Below, one piece after another: positions 53,901 through 64,000 of a stretch of DNA of 64,000 nt; position 1 is the stretch's first letter; each line of letters begins with the position of its first letter. Made by a program: the position numbers and the translations under genes. Origin of the DNA: Eledone cirrhosa (Eukaryota); assembly GCA_964016885.1 (NCBI GenBank), contig OZ024748.1:34100001-34164000 (forward strand), given 5' to 3'. Below the pieces are notes generated by a model. The model did not search any database. It was not told where the DNA came from and saw only the letters and a program-made list of their open reading frames with translations.

Positions 53901-54505
53901 CATATATATACTAGTATTTCAGTATACATATATGGATGTACATCTTTAACTTAATTGTTTAAGCGTCAGTCATACAAAAGTGAGTTACAAACGAAACGAA
54001 ATTTAATTTCGTTTCGTTATTTGTTTTTATCGTCTCCGTTGAACCGGTACTTACTCACACTCTATGCAAATTAGTCTGCCCACTACTAATTTTCATAGAA
54101 AAAGCATATAACGATATGTGCTTTTACGATTCTCTAGAGAGGCCGGAAGATAGGTAAATATTGCTGATGAGTTGTAACAACAACGAAACTAGTTCAATAT
54201 TCCTTGTCTGGCTTTCTGGAGAATAGAGGAAAGGTGTTTCCTCAAAAACCAGTATGACTCTAAAAACCGGTTTGTCTGTGTGTTTACATACAGAATAGCT
54301 GGCCACTCACAGTAAAGTGACCAGTGAAAAAACTTGGTACATCTACATATGTATACGTGTGTGTATTCATATATATACTAGTATTTCAGTATACATATAT
54401 GGATGTACATCTTTAACTTAATTGTTTAAGCGTCAGTCATACAAAAGTGAGTTACAAACGAAACGAAATTTAATTTCGTTTCGTTATTTGTTTTTATATA
54501 TATAT

Positions 54506-55184
54506 ATGAAAGACGTAAAATAAGAAAATTATAAAAATTAACTTACTTACTAAAATTTCACTCCAACTAATTAGTTTCTGAAAGTTACTAAGGCAAAACC
54601 TATATATTTGCTAGCATAGGTATGCATCTGTATATATATGTTGGTAGATATACTAATTCTTTATAATTATCTCCAAATTATTTTGTTGAGCAAAAATTTG
54701 CCAAAACTGCTACTACAGTTCATAGTAATAGTTCGGCTACTGTCTTCTTAACACCCCACTCCTCACTGATTAACCTTGATGTCACGTGATTGATTCTTTT
54801 GAATTTGCCACCGACCAAGTAGGCAGTGATTTTTTCAATGTCTTGGAATTTAGTCCACGCTTGCTTTTTTCCATCCACTGAATTATTTTTGTATAAGTTC
54901 CCTGTGTCCACGCATCGCTGAACTTAGCTGAGAATAGACTTCCTGATGACGAAAGGCCTTCTCCATGCGTTCCATTCGGAAACCATGTTTATTCCCTTTC
55001 AGAAACTAATTAGTTGGAGTGAAATTTTAGTAAGAAAGTTAAGTTTTATAATTTTCTTACTTACGTCTTTCATATAATTGTTCTGCATCCCCTTGCATTG
55101 AACCACAAAGTTACTAAGACAAAACCTATATATTTGCTAACATAGGTATGCATCTGTATATATATGTTGGTAGATATACTAATT

Positions 55185-55190
<6 letters not shown>
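54506..55190. repeat. Interleaved inverted (54506-54583 / 54996-55074) and direct (54581-54665 / 55107-55190) repeats
   Basis: Direct comparison of the segments. Confidence 0.8.
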
Positions 55191-55235
<45 letters not shown>

Positions 55236-56103
55236 TTTTAACGGTCTATTCTACGATTTCTTACTTTTCCACACATATATATATATATATTCATATACAT
55301 AATCCACATATATCTGTCTCTTCCAGCCTCTCTCTTTCTCTTTCTCTTTCTCGCACACACACACATACACACACGCTCGCGCGCGCGCACACACACACGC
55401 ACGCACATACACACACTCACACACACACACACACATTCATATATATACGTACATGCACAGTTCACCTTGATGTATAAGAATGTTCTGACTCTAAACTTCT
55501 AAATCATTTGTCAATTACGTGTTCACTAACCGTTTCATAAGATGAATGCTGCCAAGAACCGCTGCAATAAAGATCATCAATCCGTTATTACTCGTGCTTT
55601 TGCTTCAATTATGAGATTTAATTCACCAGAATTTCTTCGCAACAATACTGAGTCTGCTATCATAAACGACATTATTAATTAATTAATACTCTGTATGGTA
55701 CTACATATAATTATTGTCACCTGTTTATCGCTGATATTCTGCCACAGTAGATATTCTAGAAGTATTTTATAAATTATTTACAGGTTGACAATCGATAGTG
55801 ATTATAATATCAGCTGCTTTTCAAGTTCAAAGTTTATAAGTTCAACTCCGTAATGCATAAAATATAGTGAAAATAGATGTAGAATAAAACCTGCTTATTT
55901 GGTCATCATTACACAGTGAGAAGTGCGTGTGTATGTGTGTGTTATATTGCGTGTGTGTTATATTGCGTCTGTAATGACTAAACTAATATTAAGAGACATT
56001 ATTCCATGCATATGTATTGTGTTATAATAATGGATAAAAATACACATATATATGTAGGGGTGGCTATAACACACACACACACACACATTATATATATTAT
56101 ATA

Positions 56104-56261
56104 GGGCGGTGGATTGGCAGTATCGGTAGAGGGTCGGGCGCCATACTTTGAAGCATAGAGTTACCTCCCTTTATGATCTGAGTTCAAATCCCGCCGAGGT
56201 TAACTTTGCCTTTCATCCTTACGGGGTCGATAAAATAAAGTACCAGTAATGCACTGGGATA

Positions 56262-56292
<31 letters not shown>

Positions 56293-56521
56293 CAAAGATC
56301 GGAATTAAGAGTATTCCGCAGTTCACTGTAATAATAATAATTGTTTCTACATTTGGCACAAGGCCAGCAAATTACTCAGTGCATTACTGGTACTTTATTT
56401 TATCGACCCCGTAAGGATGAAAGGCAAAGTTAACCTCGACGGGATTTGAACCCAGACCGTAAAGGGACATAACTATGCTAGAACGCATGGCGTCCGACCC
56501 TCTACCGATACTGCCAATCCA
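56104..56521. mobile_element. Two SINE copies tail-to-tail (56104-56259 plus, 56339-56521 minus)
   Basis: Same family as 44835-45338. Confidence 0.8.
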
Positions 56522-56694
56522 AATAATAATAGTATTAGCTCAAAGAAGAATAGAGAATTTTCTTCTGAGCTCAAATGCAAATATATTACACAAAGAGAAG
56601 TGTGTTACACAGTGAGATGTGTGTAAAGAATTATTACAAGTGAGTTTTACCGTTACTATATAGAGTATATATATATATATATCAATGATATTAA

Positions 56695-56880
56695 TAAATG
56701 GAAACTATATTTATAAAATCATATTTATTCTATTATATATATTTCAAAGGTACCAAAACTTTGGTACCTTTGAAATATATAAAATACAGAGGTTGTTTTA
56801 TAAATATTGACATATCCAGGACCTTAACGGTTCAAGTTTTACCTGGATAGAATCCAGGTAAAACTTGAACCGTTAAGGTC
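56695..56880 (-). repeat. pLTR relative of 3140-3275 containing two perfect palindromes (56736-56781, 56820-56880)
   Basis: Flanks align with the reverse complement of 3140-3275. Confidence 0.7.
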
Positions 56881-57411
56881 GAAACGGCTTGAGCTCTGCC
56901 GTTGGGATCATACATTTTCTCTTTACCCAATTTACTACCCATAAGTATTGAGTACTCTGGTGCGTTATGGTCCATCTGGTTCCTTACCACACCTCCTTCG
57001 TTATATATATATATATATATATAATTAACAGCGTATCTATATATAGCTAACTACATATCTATATAACTAACAAATAATTTGATCACTACATGGCTGAATA
57101 CAAGAAATGTAAATCTGAGGTTTTCGAATATTAATAATAATATTCGATTCGTTTGCAATTATGCAAACAGCCTCTTAAGCCATGTCAGTAGAATGACTCC
57201 GTCATTCTTGCTCTTGTGTTGGCATGTAAACAGAACGGCAAACACTAATGTTTCTAGGTTATTACCCTTCATCAATACTGTATGAATGTCAAAGCTAAAG
57301 AAAATATTGGATATTTTCTGGAATATGCACTGACTGGTTTGCATATTAGCTATCTACATATATATACATATATATATATATATATACATATATATATAAC
57401 TAGGTACTTGT

Positions 57412-57578
57412 AAAATTTGGATGGAACGTGCGTTAATTTAATTTATTAAAATGTAAACCGTTTTGGTCTTTTGTGTTATATATATATACAAGACCAATAT
57501 ATATATACACAAGAACAAAACAGTTAATTATACTACGTTTTAATAAATTAAATTAACGCACGTTTCATCCAAATTTTC
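57412..57578. repeat. Small fold-back or MITE-like inverted repeat
   Basis: AAAATTTGGATGGAACGTGCGTTAATTTAATTTATTAAAA ... TTTTAATAAATTAAATTAACGCACGTTTCATCCAAATTTT. Confidence 0.75.
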
Positions 57579-57679
57579 AGAAAGATACATAATTAATTAT
57601 TACTTAATTAATTAGATGAACAAAAAATTGGAATCATCCGAATTTATTAAGAGAAAATATAAAATATTATTACCTCGTA

Positions 57680-57870
57680 ATGGTGGATTGGCAGTATTGG
57701 TAGAGGGTCGGACGCCATGCTTTGTAGCACAGTTACCTTCCTTTACGAACTGAGTTCAAATCCCGCCGAGCTTAACTTTGCCTTTCATCCTTACGGGGTC
57801 GATAAAATAAAGTACCAGTAATACACTGGAATAATTGCTGGCCTTGTGCCAAAAAGTAGAAACAGTTATT
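57680..57870 (+). mobile_element. tRNA-derived SINE, family of 44835
   Basis: Full-length match. TTATTACCTCGTAA is repeated on both sides, a likely target-site duplication. Confidence 0.85.
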
Positions 57871-57902
57871 ACCTCGTAAAACATAATGAAGTTAGATTAT
57901 AC

Positions 57903-57941
<39 letters not shown>

Positions 57942-58479
57942 TAGGGGGGGGGGCAGACAGATAGATAGATATTTAACATAAATCATAATATATTTTTCTG
58001 TTTGACTGAAAACTTCAACTGTTTGAGATTGCTACTTAAACACTTAGTAACATTACAAAATTCACTAATGTTTATGAGCACAGATATATAACTGTTGTCC
58101 TGATAGACACTTAATAACATTGGCAACTGAGCTGTTTATGGATACAAATATATAACTATTGTCATGAATGAAACGTTTTAGATTTAGGAGCAGCTGTCTA
58201 TAAATGTTCTTTTTCTCATAAATTTCTGAATGAACTTGCCCCATTTACCGTGCAACATAAATTTTGAATGAAATTGTCACGTCCGTTGGGCAGCTAATCT
58301 CCACAATAGTACACGATGTTTCTGTTTGCATTTAGCTGATAGAAATATTTCTCTATTTTTTCTGTTGAAATATATGAATGCAATCGAAAATAAATATTTT
58401 TGTGTTGAAATGAATGTTATCAAAGACAAATATTTTGTCCCAGCACAGTTCTTCTTATGGATTAACATTGTATGTTGTT

Positions 58480-58765
58480 TTAGCATGCCAGGATGCACAA
58501 GATCGCGCGTGTACGGCGAACTTTCCACTGGCCATCGCGATAGAGGGACACTATAGAAGATGGGAGTGATACAAGGACTGTTTGAAAAGCTGTCTCCTTC
58601 TTCAAAAACACCCACAGGCCCACCAGAGGGCAAAATACGCAGGTGGATGAACCGCAACACCACGTTGTCGAATTCTGACCAGACCTTTAGCTGCAGCAGG
58701 TGCAGCCATGTCTGCCTGTCCCGTATTGGCCTGAACAAACACGAGCGTGCTTGCAGTCAACGTAG
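58480..58765 (+). mobile_element. RTE (BovB-like) LINE 3' fragment
   Basis: YGELSTGHRDRG and FSCSRCSHVCLSRIGLNKHERAC. Confidence 0.7.
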
Positions 58766-59067
58766 AAGACCAGCGGTGATTTCGCTGCAGAGGGAGTTAG
58801 TGATATTTTGAGAGCAGTTCCCTGCTCTGGAAAAACAACTTTAAAAATTGATATATTTCAAAAGAGTATCACTACATCCACCAGAGATCACAACATCCAA
58901 TACTGTGGAGAGAAACTGAGGACACCTCAATAGTAGATAGAGAGACCAGATCCTAAAAAGGACTCAATATTAATCACTGGAAAAGCTCAATGCGAAGACA
59001 ATGAACAAGTTCTCTATAACATCTGCCTGGAAGGTGTGTATATATAAGTATATATATATATATATAA

Positions 59068-59176
<109 letters not shown>

Positions 59177-59257
59177 CATATATATATATACATATATATA
59201 TACATATATATATATACATATATACATATATATATACATATATATATACATATATAT

Positions 59258-60055
59258 TTCTTGGCTCTCTGAAGCTCCTCTCTGGTGAAGGGCTCTGTCT
59301 CAATATCCAGTTCTTCAAACAGCCGCCTGATCTCCCTAGTGCTCTGGGATGTGGAGGGCTCCTCTCCTAGTAGGGTCCTAAAATGGTCTAAACATTTCTT
59401 CTTCTTATCCTCAGGCCCTGTTCCCTAGATCTGACTCGAACACCTTCTCTTCCTCCCTGTGATCTCGTTGATGATCATCTAGCTCTTCTTACATCCAGAT
59501 CTGTCAACCGCTCTCTCCACACTTGGGATCTTCTCTATCAGTGCCTCCTCTCTGGCCTCAGTGTAAGCGGGACAGAGTTCGTCCCTCATCACCTCCACAG
59601 TCTCCATCCTCTCCTCCGTAGGATCAGCATAGAATTGGACCTTGGCAGTGTTCAAGTGTTCTCTGGCTGCACATACTTTTGGGTCTGCAGAGCTGACGTG
59701 CTTCCTTTTGTTCTTTCTCCTCGGCACCAGGGTCTCACTTGCTTCCGGCGCTGCATTGGTGAAGTGCCCGTACCTCCTCGTCACACTCTCCTCAGTCCAT
59801 CCAATCTCTTTCTCCTGTCTCTCCACACAGAGCACTGAACCTGTTCCTCAATTCCACTGTGACCCTCTCCTGTAGCTTATCATCTTCCTTGAAAGCTCCC
59901 CAGTCATAGATTGCTCTCCCGGGCTGAGCCTTAATCTTTCTTAAGCTCACTCGGACCTCACTCATAACAAGCCGGTGGTCACTACCCAGTGTACTGAAAT
60001 AGTTGTATGGTTCTGTGTTCAGAACACTATTCCGCCACTTTTTCCTCGCCAGAGT
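59258..60055 (-). mobile_element. Inverted 5' part of an RTE-type LINE (end of APE domain and linker)
   Basis: TLARKKWRNSV..STLGSDHRLV..VRVSLR in minus frames. Confidence 0.75.
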
Positions 60056-61533
60056 GAAATAAATCAGGCTCATGGAGAAGATGGAGTGACATCAGAGGTG
60101 ATGAAGAGGTGTGATTTTGATGATATCATCCTGGGGTTCTGTAACCAGGCACTGGAGAAAGGAGTTGCCCCGAATCAGTGGAGGATCAGTAACATCGTCC
60201 CAGAGCCAAAGAAGGGAGAGATCTCTAACACCAACAACTACAGGAGGATCTCACTGACGTCACTTGTGGCAAAGACCCTCAACAGGTTGATTCTTAACAG
60301 GATCCAGCCGGAGATGGAGAAGAAGCTCAGGGACAACCAGAACGGCTTCAGAGAGGGAAGATCAACCACCAGTCACATCTTGATGCTGAGGAGGATATTA
60401 GAGGGAGCTAGAGCAAAGTGCCAGTCCTGCGGTCATGGTTTTCATTGACTTTAGGAAGGCCTTTGATTCTGTGGACCGTCACTGCCTGATGAAGATCTTA
60501 CAGGCTTATGGAATCCCCAAAAACAAAAAGATAGTGGACCTGATATCATTGCTCTACACCAACACCAAAGCCCAAGTCATTACACCTGATGGGATGACAG
60601 AGTTCTTTGAGATACTGGCTGGAGTGCTCCAGGGAGATACATTGGCTCCCTACCTTTTTATCATCGTAGTGGACTATTGTATGCGCCTTGCACTGGAGAA
60701 ACACCAGGACTCTGGCTTTACTGTAGCACCGGCTCAGAGCAGGAGAGTTAAGGCGAAAAAGATATCGGATGCTAAATTTGCCGACGACATAGTTTTGGTG
60801 ACAAATACAGTGAAGGATGCAGAGGATTTGATGCAGGAGGTTGAGACTGTGTCGATGAGTGTGGGCTGAGAATGAATGAGACTAAAACAACATATCTGGT
60901 AGAGAATGTTGAGAAGCCAGAGGGGATCACTAAAGTAGGGGGGAAGATGCTAGAATTGGTTGAGGATTTCCTGTATTTGGGAGCAAATATTGGGAATACG
61001 GAAGATGAGGTGGTTGAGAGGAAGAGCTAAGCCTGGGCTGCGTGTCACAGCTTGAGATCGGTGAGGAAGTCGGACCTTCGTAAAGACCTGAAAGTCCGCC
61101 TCTTAATTGCTATAGTGGAGTATGTGCTGCTGTACGGGTCTGAGACTTGGACACTGACCAAGAAACTCACTAAGATAGTGGATTGGTGCTACACGAGAAT
61201 GCTGAGGATGGCTCTGAACATTAATCAATATACACTGAGGATGAAAAACTCAGAGCTGTATGGGAGCCTCCCAAACGTCAGCTCAAAAGTGACACTGAGG
61301 AGACTGAGGTTAGCTGGACATGCTCACCGAATCCAGAGTTGTCATTGCACTCAGTGCTCCTGTGGGAGCCCCTACATGGACACACTGGAAGAGGAAGACC
61401 AAGGTTAACGTATGTTGATGCCCTAAGGACAGACACTGGTCTGTTGGAGACGCAGGACATGGCAGCGATAATGAGGGACAGAGACCGCTGGAGAGAACTC
61501 GTCCATGGATCTCGGGAATTTTACCCGCCCTAG
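60056..61533 (+). mobile_element. RTE-type LINE 3' part (RT), disrupted
   Basis: PKKG..NYRRISL, QNGFREGRST, FIDFRKAFDSV, GVLQGDTLAP, FADDI, LLYGSETW, GRGRPR. Confidence 0.9.
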
Positions 61534-61558
61534 AATATATATACATATATATATATAC

Positions 61559-61609
61559 AGCTCCCTGATGATTTCTCACGAATGAAACAGTTCTAGTCCT
61601 GTAGAAGCT
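61559..61609 (+). ncRNA. Type I hammerhead ribozyme at the 5' end of a Naiad-like PLE
   Basis: AGCUCC CUGAUGA U-UUC ucac GAA-U GAAA CAG uucuaguc CUG UA GAAGCU. Confidence 0.75.
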
Positions 61610-64000
61610 CTTCTATATTAAAACTTTTATACTCTGCTATGCATTAAGTACGTTACCTACTGTGGTTACCTCCGATTCAACCCGGAATAACTTATCTTTT
61701 AGCACTCCTAGTGCCCGTCATAACCATCACCAAGAAACTATGCTGACCAAACTCGAACTTGATATCTCCATGAAGAACATCCCCATCCCTTCAAGGAAAC
61801 TTTACCTAAAAACACTCATCAGACGTACAGACGAGTTCATCAAGCGAATTAGTTGGAGAGCCTTCTTCCTCGACAACCCTGATGTAGCATCTACCAATGA
61901 CGAGAAGTTCGGCTTCAAAACGAATAAGGCACCACCCATTAACAGCCTACTTGAACCATTTGAGGAAGACCTCTTCAAGATGATCAAAGATATCAAATTT
62001 CGTAGAGCCAACACATCACTCCAGGCCTACTTAAATACTGAAATGCGGAATATAAAAAAATTCCCCCAATCTCCATGTCCCCTCCGATAAAACCAAAAAT
62101 GTTTATGAGGTAGACCCACAAACATATAATAAGCTGGCAAAAAATGCCATCACGACCACCTACAAAAAGGTAAATGAGTGCATTGACTAAGACAAATGCG
62201 GGCGGAAAAGAAATCGCCTGTCCCTTAAAATACACGACCGAACGGAACCTTTAAGGGTAAAGACCCCGCACTTTACCCTGAAGGACCACAAGGGAAACTT
62301 CCTCAACAAACCATCAGTGAGACTTATCAACCCCACACGTTCGGACATCGGCTCTATCAGCAAAAAGATCCTCGATAGAGTCTACCATCATTGCGGGCTG
62401 CCTCCCCTCCCACTCTGAAGTAGAACATCTGAGGCAATTTCTTGGTTCCAAGAATTGCCCAACAAATGCCACACTCGCTTCCTGCAACTCGATATAGAAG
62501 ACTACTATGCTTCTATCTCAGAACCCCTCCTGAAGGACGCACTTACTTTTGCCAAGAACTTTACCACCATAACTGATGCTGAGTAAGGCGTAATCCTCCA
62601 TGCCCGTAAGACCTCCCTACACTACGAAGGATCTTACTGGATCAACAAGAAGTCTCAGACCGCCTTTGACGTCAGCATGGGAGCGAGTGATTCGGCTGAA
62701 ATAAGCGACCTCGTGGGCCTTTACATTTTACATCACCTGAAGAACCTCTTTACTGGCCTCACCGGAGGTTTATACTGAGACCATGGCCTCTTCGCCTTGC
62801 ACAAGGTTAACCCCAGAACCACTGATGGATTTCGGAGAAAGTTAAGCTCGTTCTTCCGTAATCTAGGATTTAGTATAACCATAGAATCTAATATGACTAG
62901 GGCCAACTTTTTAGATGTCACCCTCGACCTAGATACTTCCCTCTATTACCCGAACCGCAAACCTAACGATTCCCTTAGATATATTAATGTTAATTATAAC
63001 CACCCCAAAAACATCACTGATAACTTAGTAAAAAGCGTCTCAATTAGAATCTCTGGCTTCTCGGCCAATGAAGATATATTTAACGCCTCCGCCTCCTACT
63101 ACAATGACGCCCTCGCCCACAGCGGATTTAAAGAAAAGATAACTTACCTAGAACCCACCGCAAGTCTGCCTAGGAGAAATAGACAGAGGCAGATTAGTTG
63201 GTACAACCCCCCCCCCCCCTTCAATAGAGAGGTCTCTACACCTATAGCTAAGACTTTCTTCACTTTACTGAACACACACTTCAACACACAACATAGGTAC
63301 TACACCATCTTCAATAAGAACACAATAAGACTCTCCTACTCCACTACACCTAACCTAGCTAGGAATATAGCCAATCTCAATTCTAAAAAATTAAATAAGC
63401 CAACTACCTCCGAACCCAATCCCCGGACTGAAGCCTTGTGCAATTGCCTAAATAAGGAAGCCTGTCCACTTGAAAACAAATGCCTGACAAATGACATCGT
63501 ATACAAATGTGATGTCATCTCAGGCACCGATGATAGCAACAACAAAAAGACTTACATCGGCATGACTTCCAATAATTTTAAGACCCGGTGGTATTCCCAT
63601 ACCCACTCTTTCAGAGACTGGACAAATAAAATCAGACAACACTCGCCTCCTATATCTCGGACCTCAAAAGGAACTCCACCCCCCACCCCCTTCACGTTTA
63701 AATGGAAAATACTCCAGAAAGCGCGCTCAGACAAGGGAGAACACAAGTGCTGCGAACTTTGTATCTCAGAGAGCTACGAAATATTATTTGCCAAGGGCCC
63801 GCTACTGAAAAAACTCTCTGAAAACTGCCTGAATTGCATGCACTAAAACTTTGCAACATTCAAATACCTTAAGCCAGTATTAATGCCAGATGGCTAAAAA
63901 AGATTCCCTTTTTTTTAAAAACCCCACTTGACAAAATACCCCATCCACATAATCCCTCCCTACCCCTACCCCACTCGACCCGAAACACGGCACTGTGGTC
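61559..64000 (+). mobile_element. Near-full-length, disrupted Naiad-like Penelope element (ORF remnants 61740-63846)
   Basis: SMKNIP, LKDHK, RLINP, FLQLDIEDYY, FDVSMG, NFLDV, WYNPP, CNCx5C, TYIG, CELC; several stops and frameshifts. Confidence 0.9.

Larger units (their letters stand above)
50675..54497 (+). mobile_element. Tandem array of 467-bp units (8 units plus 87 bp), each with a hammerhead ribozyme; non-LTR retrozyme-like, family A467
   Basis: Exact 467-bp period; only one substitution seen (G>A at 52343); one HHR and one octamer per unit; no credible ORF. Confidence 0.9.

Noticed and set aside
50855-54306. Eight identical 60-aa ORFs on the minus strand
   Set aside because: By-product of the repeat: GTG start, no motif, antisense to the ribozyme and not preserved in family B.
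50675-54497. CRISPR array, or rDNA/snRNA gene array
   Set aside because: No unique spacers, eukaryotic context, and no recognisable 5S or U snRNA sequence.
62777-62779. In-frame TGA as selenocysteine in a Naiad ORF
   Set aside because: It replaces the Arg of YRDD (probably CGA>TGA), not a Cys, and the copy has other stops and frameshifts.

Overview
Repeat-dense, AT-rich metazoan DNA with no intact host gene that I can support. The SINE types and microsatellite load suggest a cephalopod such as Octopus, but that is inference. The window contains Penelope-like elements (PLEs) of two groups, Tx1-type L1, R4/Dong and RTE LINEs, Helitrons, tRNA-derived SINEs, microsatellites and a 200-N gap. The main signal is RNA structure: by eye I count about 27 type I hammerhead ribozyme (HHR) motifs, a few of them mutated. 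Eight lie in a near-perfect non-coding tandem array of 467-bp units (50675-54497). Seven lie in a diverged, dispersed ~435-450 bp sister family whose HHR stem I covaries with that of the array. Twelve lie in PLE terminal repeats. The array and its sister family look like a non-LTR retrozyme system (self-cleaving, probably circular RNA monomers, probably mobilised by PLEs) and share a conserved octamer. All pairings and coordinates were derived by hand, and no database search was run.
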